Assembly (NCBI GenBank): GCA_905210485.1
Contig: CAJLXA010000001.1
Coordinates: 39,417 to 103,416 of the forward strand
DNA: 64,000 bases
Direction: 5' to 3'
Source of the DNA: an uncultured Eubacteriales bacterium
Lineage (GTDB): Bacteria > Bacillota > Clostridia > Oscillospirales > CAG-272
A model generated the notes under the pieces. That model was not told the DNA's origin. It searched no databases and worked only from the letters and a program-made list of their open reading frames with translations. Positions within the stretch are counted from its first letter, which is position 1. Each line of letters begins with the position of its first letter. Shown piece after piece: positions 26,794 to 36,536 of this stretch. A program made the position numbers and the translations under genes.

Positions 26794-27673
26794 ATAAAAT
26801 ATTTTTGAAGTGTTTTTCGAGCGTGTAAGGCAGCTCGGATATGAATTTTACATTGTAGTTCTTCAATGTCCTGAGTAACGGCACCGTTCTGTCGGCCGGA
26901 ATACGTACCGTGACCTGACTGTACTGCTCCTGATACCGTATGATCTCGTATCCCTCGCCGGCAAAACGAAGATAGTCCGCCGCCGTATTGAATTCGATTT
27001 TGAATTCCTTCACGGGGCGTTCCGTAATATCTTTCATACGGCAGGTATCCACAATGTGCCCGTCGCTGATAAGAGCAACGCGGTCGCAGGTGGATTCCAG
27101 TTCTTCAAAACTGTGACTGCTCATCAGAATGGTCTTTCCTTTTTCATGCTCCCGGCGGATAATGTCCAGAAACGTCATGCGCATCAAAGGATCAAGACCC
27201 GTTGTCGGCTCGTCAAGAAGAATGATCGGCGCGTCGCTCATCAGAGCGGCGACCAGCGCGGTCTTTTGTTTCATACCTTTGCTCATTCTTTTCAGGTTGG
27301 CGCGCGGATCGAGTTGCAGACGTTCGATCAGTTCGTTCGCATAATCCATATTCTTTAAACCGAGAAATTCGGCCTGACATTTCAGGAAATCCGTACCCGT
27401 TTTCAGATCGGGGAACGCGATCTCACCGGGCACATATCCCACAAGGCGCGCGATCTCGCTCGCGTGCTCCCATGACGACAGTCCGTTCACCGCCGCACTA
27501 CCGCGTGTCGGACGAAGGAACCCGAGAATATGGCGGATTGTCGTGGTCTTGCCGCTGCCGTTCGTTCCGACATATCCCAGCATTTCTCCCTCTTCGATTC
27601 TGAGGTCAAGATCGAAGATACCGCGGCCGTTTCCGTAATCTTTCGTAAGACCCGAAAGTTCAATGACGCTCAT
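26759..27673 (-). CDS. ABC transporter ATP-binding protein
   Basis: Walker A GTNGSGKTT, signature MSKGMKQK, Walker B ILLDEPTTGLD. Confidence 0.92.
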   Translation of the reverse strand: MSVIELSGLTKDYGNGRGIFDLDLRIEEGEMLGYVGTNGSGKTTTIRHILGFLRPTRGSAAVNGLSSWEHASEIARLVGYVPGEIAFPDLKTGTDFLKCQAEFLGLKNMDYANELIERLQLDPRANLKRMSKGMKQKTALVAALMSDAPIILLDEPTTGLDPLMRMTFLDIIRREHEKGKTILMSSHSFEELESTCDRVALISDGHIVDTCRMKDITERPVKEFKIEFNTAADYLRFAGEGYEIIRYQEQYSQVTVRIPADRTVPLLRTLKNYNVKFISELPYTLEKHFKNILFGKKETESHVQ

Positions 27674-28602
27674 GATAATGCACCTCCGAAATTTTTGTCT
27701 TCTTTATAGAATTTCATGAAATAGTCCTCCAGCGTTTCCTTACGGTTGCTGAAAGAAACCACATCCGTCGAGGAGAGAAGGCGGATAAAACTATTGAGAT
27801 CGCGATCCTCTACCGACAGGAATATTTCCGTTTCGCCGTCCCTTAAAAGGGTAAAGCTCGGAATGGCGGCCGCCTCTCTTTCAAAAGCCGTTCTGGCAAG
27901 CGGCGTTTCAAAGACGACGGTGTAATACTTCCGGGAAGCATGTTTCAGGTCGTCGGCCACAAATTCGGAAACAATCCTGCCGTCCTTGATGATGGCAATT
28001 CTGTCACAGGTGGAGTCTATCTCGGAGAAAATGTGACTTGAAAGCAGAATGGTCTTGCCGCGGCTTTTCTCATCATGAATAAAGCGAATGAAATTTTCCT
28101 GCATAACGGGATCGAGGCCGCTTGTCGGCTCATCGAGGATGAGGACATCGGGATCGGACATAAACGCCGCAACAATCGCCAGTTTCCGTTTGACGCCGAG
28201 ACTCATACGCTTTGTGTCGCCGCGAAGGACATTATCCTCCAGCGAAAACAAGTCGCGCATATAGTTCAACCGTTCCTCGTTATGGATTTTTTGCAGATTC
28301 TGCATCATGCGGAGAAATTCCCAACCCGTCAGTCCCGCGGGAAGCGCAATCTCGCCGGGAATATAGCCGACGCGGTTCAGCACCTCAGGATAACTTTTGA
28401 AAGTTTCTTTTCCGAGAATTTGCGTACTGCCGCTGTCCGGCTTTGAAAACCCCATCAGATGACGGATCGTTGTCGATTTTCCGGCGCCGTTCGGGCCGAG
28501 GAAACCGAACACTTCGCCTTTGTCCACATGCAGACTGACATCGAAAACGCCGCGTCCGCTGCCGTAATCTTTTGTCAGGTTACTGACTTCAATGATGTGC
28601 AT
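27670..28602 (-). CDS. ABC transporter ATP-binding protein
   Basis: Walker A GPNGAGKST, signature LSLGVKRK, Walker B LILDEPTSGLD. 4-nt overlap with the next gene. Confidence 0.92.
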   Translation of the reverse strand: MHIIEVSNLTKDYGSGRGVFDVSLHVDKGEVFGFLGPNGAGKSTTIRHLMGFSKPDSGSTQILGKETFKSYPEVLNRVGYIPGEIALPAGLTGWEFLRMMQNLQKIHNEERLNYMRDLFSLEDNVLRGDTKRMSLGVKRKLAIVAAFMSDPDVLILDEPTSGLDPVMQENFIRFIHDEKSRGKTILLSSHIFSEIDSTCDRIAIIKDGRIVSEFVADDLKHASRKYYTVVFETPLARTAFEREAAAIPSFTLLRDGETEIFLSVEDRDLNSFIRLLSSTDVVSFSNRKETLEDYFMKFYKEDKNFGGALS

Positions 28603-28657
28603 GCTATCACTCCTTTTTTCTTATTCGGTTTCTGAACCGTTTTTTGCATGAACACTG

Positions 28658-28686
28658 TTGACATTTTTACGTTGTTGAATTATAAT
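28658..28686 (+). promoter_or_regulatory. consensus sigma-A promoter of the TetR gene
   Basis: TTGACA (28658-28663), 17 nt, TATAAT (28681-28686). Confidence 0.65.
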
Positions 28687-28722
28687 ATAAAAAAACGGAA
28701 AAGAGAAGTACAGGATAATAAC

Positions 28723-28744
28723 CACTGTTCAAATGTGAACAGTG
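28723..28744. promoter_or_regulatory. probable TetR operator palindrome
   Basis: CACTGTTCA-AATG-TGAACAGTG, 9-bp perfect arms, located between the divergent TetR gene and ABC operon. Confidence 0.55.
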
Positions 28745-28771
28745 TGCATTGTTTTGTATAAAAAAGAGCCG

Positions 28772-29362
28772 ATGAAAGCCAAAAATCTTAATAATTCTTC
28801 AAAAAAAACACAAACATTATTAAAAAAAGTGTTTGCGGAGATGCTTTCCGAGAAAAAAGAGATCGGAAAAATCTCGGTAAGCGAACTTTGTGCCCGCGCC
28901 GATGTCAGTCGCGGCGCGTTCTATTCTCATTACGATGACATCTACAGCGTGGCGGAAGATTACGAAAACGAACTGATAGACCGTTTTTTCGACAATGCGC
29001 GTCTTTTGTCTCCTACGGACTTTGAACAGTTCATTGACGTTTTCTTTGAATATATAAGGAAGAATAACGACAACTACAAACTGCTTTGCAAATCGAACGA
29101 TTTTCTTTTTGCCGCCAAAAAACTGACTTCGATCGCGTCGGGAAAACTCCTGGAATTATGCAACAACGATAACCGCGTCATAAACAAAACCTATCTTGAA
29201 CCGGAAATCAATATTTTCGTCGAAGGACTTCTTTGCGAATATGTGAAGTATTGCCGCGGCTATTCCACGCTCGCCCTCTCCGACCTCTATGACTACACGA
29301 AGTTCTGGGCAAGGAATTTCAGCGAACGGCGCGTTTTGAAAAATAACGACGCTGTTTCGTAA
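28772..29362 (+). CDS. TetR/AcrR family transcriptional regulator
   Basis: N-terminal HTH ISVSELCARADVSRGAFYSHY. Start set at ATG 28772 (MKAKNL); the track ORF starts at GTG 28742 inside the operator. Confidence 0.85.
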   Translation: MKAKNLNNSSKKTQTLLKKVFAEMLSEKKEIGKISVSELCARADVSRGAFYSHYDDIYSVAEDYENELIDRFFDNARLLSPTDFEQFIDVFFEYIRKNNDNYKLLCKSNDFLFAAKKLTSIASGKLLELCNNDNRVINKTYLEPEINIFVEGLLCEYVKYCRGYSTLALSDLYDYTKFWARNFSERRVLKNNDAVS

Positions 29363-29898
29363 AGCCGTCCGGCGGTTGCGTTCCGCGAACCGCATTTCCG
29401 CATTCGCGCGCGCCGATGCCGGCTTGTTTTTCACCTGCCGCTCATAACCCCTGTCCGAAAAATGATCCCGCGTATTCATACGGAAGTTCTCTCGCTTCCG
29501 CAGGGTGTATATGCACATACGCCGCCGGAAGACGGGTGCAGGGGAAAGCGCAGAGAATACGGATTTACGCAAAAAGATACGCCGCCGCGTTCGGAAAAAA
29601 TGTTGCGGAACCGATGGCGCACGACTTCGCCGTCCCGTCCCGGACAGCAAAAATCCGTATAAGCATATGCATCCGACAGACCGAATCTGCGCAATGAAAA
29701 AAACGCATTGTTTGTAAACTATGCGTTACATAATATGCTTTTGCGATATATTCAGCGATCGGCTCTTCCGCACCGTCGCTTCCCGAACGGTCCGATACCG
29801 CCCCGTACATATCCGACGGCATCGGCATATTTTCTCCGGCGCCCGCCGATCTTTTTCGGCGTTCGTGAAATTATGTAAAGTACAGACCATATCAAAAG

Positions 29899-29934
29899 TA
29901 AAAGGCAGGACAGCAAAAACTGTCCTGCCTTTTA
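29899..29934. terminator. bidirectional intrinsic terminator
   Basis: GGCAGGACAG / CTGTCCTGCC 10-bp stem flanked by AAA and TTTT, just downstream of the minus-strand gene that ends at 29952. Confidence 0.75.
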
Positions 29935-29951
29935 CGGGTCATCTTTCCGTA

Positions 29952-30317
29952 TCAATAAAACTGTGTAATATTGGAGACCGTCGTCGTGTTATTATCGGTG
30001 CTGTGCACAATAACGGCGACAGAAAGGGCGATGGCGATCACGGCCACTACGCATATGCTGACGGCGATTACTGTGTATATACCCGTGCGCCTCTTGAGTT
30101 TGTTTACGTCTGCGCGCGCATAGAAGCTCTCGGCCACTTCTTTCGGCGTTCCGAACTCTTCATACAGCATCTCGATCGTCAGATATTCGTCATCGTCATA
30201 AGTATCGCGCAATATATTTTTCAGTTCTGCACAGATAGCCCATCTTTTTGTCAGTCTCCCTGTCAGATATTTTTTGATTTCCCGTATATAACGGTTGATT
30301 ACTGTTTTTGCCATCAT
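29952..30317 (-). CDS. hypothetical single-pass membrane protein (DUF1700/HAAS-like N-terminal domain)
   Basis: INRYIREIKKYLTG...EEFGTPKEVAESF pattern followed by one TM. Start set at ATG 30317 after GAGG. Confidence 0.5.
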   Translation of the reverse strand: MMAKTVINRYIREIKKYLTGRLTKRWAICAELKNILRDTYDDDEYLTIEMLYEEFGTPKEVAESFYARADVNKLKRRTGIYTVIAVSICVVAVIAIALSVAVIVHSTDNNTTTVSNITQFY

Positions 30318-30792
30318 CCATCCCTCGTTTTCCGTTTTATATTCTGAAAATGTCACAACATAGCAGTCGACAAAAAATCATCACTTTCAAAGATTCCGTT
30401 TTTCACGGTTCATGTTGCATTTTGTCGTTTTTTCCGGCATACTTTTCATGGACGCCCCCTATGCCGTCCGTATGCGCTTTATCGACTCTTTACGACAATA
30501 TCTTTCTATGCATATTGTAGCACTCCGAAATGGAATAATCAACTGGTATTGTAAAAAAATATGTAAAAATTGTTATTTCCCGGTGTGATTCCTCCACTTT
30601 CCTGTCAAAATCCCGCTTTTACGGCGCCCATATCGCCTTTTTATGCCACCGATTGCAATCATACCGACGAAAAGTCGCATAAATCATCGACCATATGTCG
30701 ACCGGCATCACGGAAAAGCGCCGAAACGAAAACGTCGGCCGATGGAATACAGCGATGAAAAGAAAAATGATGTAAAAATTGGCGGCAATCTC

Positions 30793-30821
30793 TTGACAAA
30801 TAAATTTTCATATGATATACT
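30793..30821 (+). promoter_or_regulatory. sigma-A promoter of tRNA-Pro
   Basis: TTGACA (30793-30798), 17 nt, TATACT (30816-30821). Confidence 0.65.
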
Positions 30822-30846
30822 GTACGGGTACATGAAAAACATGTAG

Positions 30847-30923
30847 CGGGGTGTGGCTCAGTTTGGTAGAGCGCTTGGTTCGGGACCAAGAGGCCGCTGG
30901 TTCGAATCCAGTCACTCCGACCA
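30847..30923 (+). tRNA. tRNA-Pro (anticodon CGG)
   Basis: CGGGGTG...CACTCCG acceptor stem, D-loop GCTCAGTTTGGTAGAGC, anticodon arm CTTGG-TTCGGGA-CCAAG, T-arm GGTTCGAATCC, encoded CCA. Confidence 0.93.
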
Positions 30924-30930
30924 TAAATAA

Positions 30931-30974
30931 AAATCCGGGCACTTTTCTTTATCGGAAAGTGCCCGGATTTTTTA
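30931..30974 (+). terminator. intrinsic terminator after tRNA-Pro
   Basis: TCCGGGCACTTT / AAAGTGCCCGGA stem followed by TTTTTT. Confidence 0.8.
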
Positions 30975-31061
30975 CGTTGACATCCGTCGACGTGCGGCAT
31001 CGCCCGTTCGGTTTTCCGGGCGGGGGAAAAACGCCGCGGTCGGAACCGATGCCGGCGCGCT

Positions 31062-31700
31062 TTATTCCGCGCCGGCCGGAGAGGTCGCAAAGTTCAGCGA
31101 TTTCACCCATGTCCGAATTCCGTCCGTATCGTTTCTTGTAAACCGCTTTCCTTCTATAACCGTCGCGCCGCCCGCATTGGAACGAATATCCGCCATACTG
31201 CCGGAAATCGGACTGGATGCCGCCGTACAGAAAGTATAAATGGTTTTTCCGGAAAGATCATAAGCATTCAGGAAAGAGAGTACCGGCATAGGAGCCGTTC
31301 CCCACCAGATCGGAAAACCGAGAAAAATCACATCATATTCCGCAATCTCCTCTTTTGACAGATAGGTTTTCAATTCCGGACGGGAGTCCTTTTCCTTCTC
31401 GGCCTTGGCCACTTCCGTTGTCGGGGTATATTCGTTCGGATATGGCTCTTTACGTTCGATTTCAAAGATATCCGCGCCGGTCAGTGACCGGATCTCTTTT
31501 GCCACGCTTTCCGTCGTATTTGTTTTTGAAAAATAGGCCACAAGGATCTTACCGTTTGCTCCGAAATCGGCGCCGGCGTCCGCTCCGCTGTCATCCGGAG
31601 GCGTCATGTTCCCCGGCAGGGAATCTATACTCCCGTCACCGCATGCCGCAAACGAAAAAATCATAACGACGCCGAGAAAAAGCGCTATCAGTTTTTTCAT
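31062..31700 (-). CDS. flavodoxin-family lipoprotein
   Basis: Lipobox FSFAAC, then the flavodoxin pattern KILVAYFSKTNTTESVAKEI...DVIFLGFPIWWG. Confidence 0.75.
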   Translation of the reverse strand: MKKLIALFLGVVMIFSFAACGDGSIDSLPGNMTPPDDSGADAGADFGANGKILVAYFSKTNTTESVAKEIRSLTGADIFEIERKEPYPNEYTPTTEVAKAEKEKDSRPELKTYLSKEEIAEYDVIFLGFPIWWGTAPMPVLSFLNAYDLSGKTIYTFCTAASSPISGSMADIRSNAGGATVIEGKRFTRNDTDGIRTWVKSLNFATSPAGAE

Positions 31701-31708
31701 CTTTCTTC

Positions 31709-32596
31709 TTACCAATTCTTTGTTTCTTTTCTGTGGTCGCTGTTGTGTTTACGCTCCTCTACCATGTTCGCAAACCATTCCACCATCCGGGGATCGGTAT
31801 GCGAGAAAAAGGAACTCTGTTTTTTATCCAATGCGGCGATTTTTTTCATATCGTCGTCGGAAAGCACAAAATCGAACACGTCAAAGTTCTGCTCCATTCT
31901 TTCCTTATGGACGGACTTCGGAATCACCACAATCCCGCGCTGAAGTTCCCAGCGGAGAATGATCTGCGCCGATGTTTTGCCATACTTTTTCCCGATCTCC
32001 GTAAGCGTCGGTTCTTCAAACATACCGCCTCTGCCTTCACCGAAAGGCGCCCATGCTTCATGCTGTACTCCGTATTTTTTCATCCATTCCTGCGCTTCGA
32101 TCTGCTGATTGTGCGGATGGGTTTCCACCTGATTAACCATCGGCCTTACGCGGGAAAAGGAGCAAATGTCCACAAGACGGTCGGGATAGAAATTGGAAAC
32201 GCCGATGGCTTTGATAACCCCTTCAGCATACAGGTCTTCCAAGGCTCTCCATGCACCGTAATAATCGGAAAACGGTTGGTGAAGCAACATAAGATCGATA
32301 TAATTTGTTTTGAGTTTGCGCATGGATTCAAGCACCGATTTTCTCGTTTCATCGTAACCGTAATGTTCCACCCACACCTTTGTGGTAAGAAAAATATCTT
32401 CGCGGGGAATCCCCGACTTTGCCAATGCGTTTCCCACCTCTTCTTCATTGAAGTAGCTTTGCGCCGTGTCGATATGACGATAGCCGACATCAAGGGCGTC
32501 GAGAACGCAACGTTCACATGCATCCTTGTCCACCTGATAAACGCCGTATCCGAGTTGCGGCATTTTTATACCGTTCGATAAAGTAACGTATTGCAT
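31709..32596 (-). CDS. aldo/keto reductase
   Basis: GYGVYQV, GYRHIDTAQSYFNEEEVG, LHQP, IGVSNF and IPKS motifs of the AKR family. Confidence 0.9.
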   Translation of the reverse strand: MQYVTLSNGIKMPQLGYGVYQVDKDACERCVLDALDVGYRHIDTAQSYFNEEEVGNALAKSGIPREDIFLTTKVWVEHYGYDETRKSVLESMRKLKTNYIDLMLLHQPFSDYYGAWRALEDLYAEGVIKAIGVSNFYPDRLVDICSFSRVRPMVNQVETHPHNQQIEAQEWMKKYGVQHEAWAPFGEGRGGMFEEPTLTEIGKKYGKTSAQIILRWELQRGIVVIPKSVHKERMEQNFDVFDFVLSDDDMKKIAALDKKQSSFFSHTDPRMVEWFANMVEERKHNSDHRKETKNW

Positions 32597-32736
32597 ATTG
32601 TTAAAAACCTCCGTTTTCCTTTTGTGTCTTTATTATACGCCCGATAATAAACAAAGGGAAGCGCAAAAAAGTTGATTGTCTTAACAAAAAGTTAAAGCAA
32701 TCAACTTTTTACAGTTGCGTTATTGATATATTTGGC

Positions 32737-33633
32737 TTAATTTTGTTTATTTATAATAGAATCCACGGCATTTATAAATTGCCGAACATGTTTTGAAGGT
32801 TCGGGCGAATACATGATTCCGTACGGCACGGTAACGGATACTTCAGCGGGAACGATCCGCAGGAGAGGATGAGCGTTTTCCCACCCCTTGATTGCGATGA
32901 TCGGCAGATTCTCTTTGGCGGCGGTATTGAATGCGGACAAACTGAACAGCGGAAAGTCGATGATTCTTACGCCTTGATCTTCGTAAACTTTTCGGAGTTC
33001 GTCGATATAGCAATTCCAACCGCGATGAATGAACATAACGCCCGTCGTTTTCAGATCCTGCGGTGACACAGAATTCTTTGTTGCCAACGCACCTGTCAAC
33101 GGCACCGCGAACGAAACCCGTTTATCCTCCAGATGAAGTACCTGAAAATTTCGTTCCTTCATTAAGTTCAGGTCGTAAATGCCCGCAATAACGTCGATTT
33201 GCTTTCCGAGATTTCTTAACCCCTCTCGTGCATTTTCAAACGTGTTTTCAAAGGGGATCAGTTCCACTTTCAGGTTCGGGGCAATATTCTGAATTTCCGC
33301 CCATATATCGAGAATAAAATTTGCCGGCGTCATGACCGAAGTGCCGATGCGAATGGAACGTTGATTTTCTTTTCTGTCGATCTCCTTTGCTTTTTCCAGA
33401 GTCCGCGCCGCATAATCAACAAGATATTTGGCGTCGCTTAACACGCTTACGCCCGCTTCCGTCAGAAAAAGACCGCGGTTTGTACGTCTGAAAAGAACAA
33501 CGCCGAGTCTTTTTTCCAACGCGTCGATCTGTTTCATGACGGCGGTAGGTGAAATAAACATCGCTTCCGCTGTTTTTGAAAAACTGCCGTTTTCGGCCAC
33601 GGATATAAAAGTCAAAAGTTGCGGACTTATCAT
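32737..33633 (-). CDS. LysR family transcriptional regulator
   Basis: HTH FSKTAEAMFISPTAVMKQIDALEKRLGVVLFRRTNRGLFLTEAG. Start at ATG 33633, 7 nt after GAGG. Confidence 0.88.
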   Translation of the reverse strand: MISPQLLTFISVAENGSFSKTAEAMFISPTAVMKQIDALEKRLGVVLFRRTNRGLFLTEAGVSVLSDAKYLVDYAARTLEKAKEIDRKENQRSIRIGTSVMTPANFILDIWAEIQNIAPNLKVELIPFENTFENAREGLRNLGKQIDVIAGIYDLNLMKERNFQVLHLEDKRVSFAVPLTGALATKNSVSPQDLKTTGVMFIHRGWNCYIDELRKVYEDQGVRIIDFPLFSLSAFNTAAKENLPIIAIKGWENAHPLLRIVPAEVSVTVPYGIMYSPEPSKHVRQFINAVDSIINKQN

Positions 33634-33932
33634 ATAAAACCTCATATCGCATTAACTTTTTATATATGATAGCATATTTTTCGGATAATTACAAGCGACG
33701 TCGTAACAACTGATTTTACCTGAATCAAAAAGCCGTTCTTTATTTTGCTTCTGACGGCCTGTGCGGCACCGTCCCATGAGTTCAATCCGGGAACCGGTCT
33801 TTCCGTATATGCAAAATGCCTGCCGCTTCTGGTTGTTTTCCGGCTTTCCTTTGGTGTATAAAAACCCGGACGTAAAAAACGTCCGGGTTTTATTCTGCCG
33901 TCCGCGGACATAACGTCATGCGGCGCGGCTGA

Positions 33933-34562
33933 TTACTCTATAATTGTACAGTCTCCGAGTATCTCCGGTCTTTTTGCAAGGGAATCGTTTTCCGAAAGCG
34001 TACGGATGACGCGGCAGGGATTTCCCGCGGCAAAACTGTTTGCGGGAATGGATTTGGTCACAACGCTCCCGGCGCCGATAACGCAGTTTTCACCTATCGT
34101 CACTCCGGGAAGAATGGTCACATTGGCGCATATCCAGCAACCGTTGCCGATATGCACGGGTTTTGCCCAGCACAGACGTCTTGCCTCACCGTCGGGACAC
34201 ATGAGTTTTTTCCGTTCATCGGCCAACATAGGGTGAAGCGGCGTGACAATGGTGACATTCGGACCGAAGTCACAGTTTTCGCCGATTTCGACCTCCGTAT
34301 CGTCCTGACAGGTAAAATTGAAATTGAAAAAAGTATTTTTGCCTATTTTCGTATGAACTCCGTAATGAAACCGGATCGGACCGTTGAACGAAACGCCGTC
34401 GTTCAGTTCGCCGAGCAACTCTTTCAGCACTTCTTTTCTTTCTTCGGGCTGATATTCCGTCAACGCATTGTATTTCTGATTCAACGCATGCGCTTTTTTC
34501 TTGATATTGACGCGCCACTCCTCGTTCGGAAAAAACAGTTCACCGTGTCCGTTACCGTTCAT
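33933..34562 (-). CDS. sugar (maltose/galactoside-type) O-acetyltransferase
   Basis: Mac N-domain plus left-handed beta-helix hexapeptide repeats (IGNGCWICANVTILPGVTIGENCVIGAGSVV). Confidence 0.85.
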   Translation of the reverse strand: MNGNGHGELFFPNEEWRVNIKKKAHALNQKYNALTEYQPEERKEVLKELLGELNDGVSFNGPIRFHYGVHTKIGKNTFFNFNFTCQDDTEVEIGENCDFGPNVTIVTPLHPMLADERKKLMCPDGEARRLCWAKPVHIGNGCWICANVTILPGVTIGENCVIGAGSVVTKSIPANSFAAGNPCRVIRTLSENDSLAKRPEILGDCTIIE

Positions 34563-34847
34563 AAGAACAACCTCCGCATATACATTCTGAAATATACCGA
34601 CAGGTATACAGCCGTATCCACCGTGCGGACATGCAACGGGATCTTCCGGTCACCCACATTGTACACGCATCTATGCTTTTTGTCAAGAGCGAATGGCGCG
34701 GATAAAAAGTCCGCGTATGTCGGCATATATAAGTCCCCGCAATCCTGCCGCTCATCGTTTTTCTCCGCGCGGCATGTCCGTTTTCCGCTTTTATCCGGCG
34801 GGGATATGCGGAGAGCCGTCGCCGGAAACGTCGAAAAGGGGCTTTCC

Positions 34848-35672
34848 TTATTCCCATCGGGTGACGGGCGCACTCTCCTTTGAAATTCCCGGAACGGCCT
34901 TATTTTTCCCGATGGTCAAAACCCATCTGTGGTCAAATCTGACCGTTGTCCCCTCTGTGTACGGCGCAAATCCGGTCTTCCTGCCGCCGGCAAGTTCCTC
35001 GTCCATAAGCGCCTTGATTTCTTTCTGTACAGAAACCGGCGTTGCGGTATGATCCAGCCAGTTCTGAAGAATCATCGGCATTTTGACGGTTTCACAGCAG
35101 GACACGGAAAGATCGTGCTTACGATACAGTTCCAGCATTTCTGCGCGGCTGAGGTTGCGTACATGGGACGGGTCGCGGAGTCTTTCGATTTTATCTTCCG
35201 TCTCCCGCAGGGAATCTTCCGCCGCCTCCATGTCGATCAGCACGAGCTTCCCGCCCGGTCTCAATACACGCCGCATCTCGGAAAACGGCATTTCCGCATC
35301 GGGGAAATGATGAAATGCCAACCGGGAAAGGACAATATCAAACCGGTTATCGGGAAACGGCAATTCCGCGGCGTCACCGACAACAAATTCTATATTACAG
35401 AGGCGTTCTTTTTCCGCCTCCGTTCTGCCGACAGAAAGCATGGCGGGCGTCATGTCGAGACAGGTCACACTGCCCGCATAGGGAGCGATTGCCCGCCCGC
35501 AGGCGCAGGTTCCAGCCGCAACCTCCAATACGTTGTCCGTTTTTGCCGGTGCGATCTTCGATACGGCATAGTCCAGATATTCTTTTTGGGAAAAATTCAT
35601 CCGGTTGCTTTCAAATCCGCTTGCCTGCTGCGTAAATGCCCTGCGTATCTCGGTCTGATTCCATGATTTCAT
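34848..35672 (-). CDS. class I SAM-dependent methyltransferase
   Basis: Motif I VLEVAAGTCACG. Post-I/II LDMTP, DIVLSRLAFHH, LRPGGKLVLID. ATG 35672 lies 1 nt after the ogt stop. Confidence 0.8.
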   Translation of the reverse strand: MKSWNQTEIRRAFTQQASGFESNRMNFSQKEYLDYAVSKIAPAKTDNVLEVAAGTCACGRAIAPYAGSVTCLDMTPAMLSVGRTEAEKERLCNIEFVVGDAAELPFPDNRFDIVLSRLAFHHFPDAEMPFSEMRRVLRPGGKLVLIDMEAAEDSLRETEDKIERLRDPSHVRNLSRAEMLELYRKHDLSVSCCETVKMPMILQNWLDHTATPVSVQKEIKALMDEELAGGRKTGFAPYTEGTTVRFDHRWVLTIGKNKAVPGISKESAPVTRWE

Positions 35673-35673
35673 A

Positions 35674-36207
35674 TCACAGCGCCGTCCCTTTCTTCGGAAC
35701 AAACAGACGGCTCATGTCTGCATGCTCCAACTCTAATAACGCGGTTTTCCTGTCTATTCCCCCCGCATATCCCGTGAGGCTCCCGCCGGTTCCGACTACC
35801 CGATGGCAGGGAATGAAGACCGAAATTTCGTTGTGTCCGACGGCGCCGCCGACCGCCTGCGCGGACATTTTTGGAAGTCCCTGTTGTGCGGCGATCTGCC
35901 GGGAAATCTCACCGTAAGTCACGGTTTTGCCGTACGGAATTTCCAGCAGGATCGCCCACACCGCCTGCCGGAACGGCGATCCTATCGGATGAAGCGGCGG
36001 TGTAAAATCCGGCTCTTTTCCACTGAAATAGATATTGAGCCAGCGGACGGCCGCGGAAAGGACGGGCGTCTCCTGTTCGATATGTTCCGCGGGAAGATTA
36101 TCGGCAAAATATTTTTCCCCGTCAAACCACAGACCTGTCAGTCCGATCTCATCGGCCGCAAGCAAAATGCCGCCGAGCGGCGAATGATAGTGCTGAATAT
36201 ATGTCAT
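35674..36207 (-). CDS. ogt: methylated-DNA--protein-cysteine methyltransferase
   Basis: Active site IPCHRVVG and GGAVGHNEISVFI. GGGAGGG RBS. Confidence 0.9.
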   Translation of the reverse strand: MTYIQHYHSPLGGILLAADEIGLTGLWFDGEKYFADNLPAEHIEQETPVLSAAVRWLNIYFSGKEPDFTPPLHPIGSPFRQAVWAILLEIPYGKTVTYGEISRQIAAQQGLPKMSAQAVGGAVGHNEISVFIPCHRVVGTGGSLTGYAGGIDRKTALLELEHADMSRLFVPKKGTAL

Positions 36208-36329
36208 ATTTCCCTCCCGAAAAATTTTTCATCTGCTTGTCCCGGCGCTCCTCCCGCGCCGCTGAACAACGATTTCTCTTTTTACATAGCAGCCGGATCA
36301 TTGTCACAATCGGCCGTAATTCAATCAAA

Positions 36330-36350
36330 TTGTAAATACAAGTTTACAAA
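36330..36350 (+). repeat. intergenic motif copy E
   Basis: TTGTAAATACAAGTTTACAAA: perfect TTGTAAA / TTTACAA arms with a 6-nt spacer, 123 nt upstream of ogt. Confidence 0.5.
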
Positions 36351-36536
36351 CATGCCTTTAAACAACCGTTATGGATACGATATTTCTTCCTGAAAAATCC
36401 GTCGGGAGAGAAAAAACAGCGCCGGCGAGCGCTGTTTTTCTCTGCTTTTTCGCTCCCGAAAACAGCAGGAAATTTCTTGCCCGGAACGATTTCCGGCGGT
36501 TTACGCATGACCCCGCCCCTCGGCGGATACCGGAGT

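Noticed and set aside
30318-30792. Expected PadR-type regulator upstream of the DUF1700/HAAS-like membrane protein
   Set aside because: The minus strand there holds only very short ORFs (20 aa or fewer) and no winged-helix-like sequence. A candidate promoter (TTGATT-17-TACAAT, about 30511-30539) explains part of the spacer.
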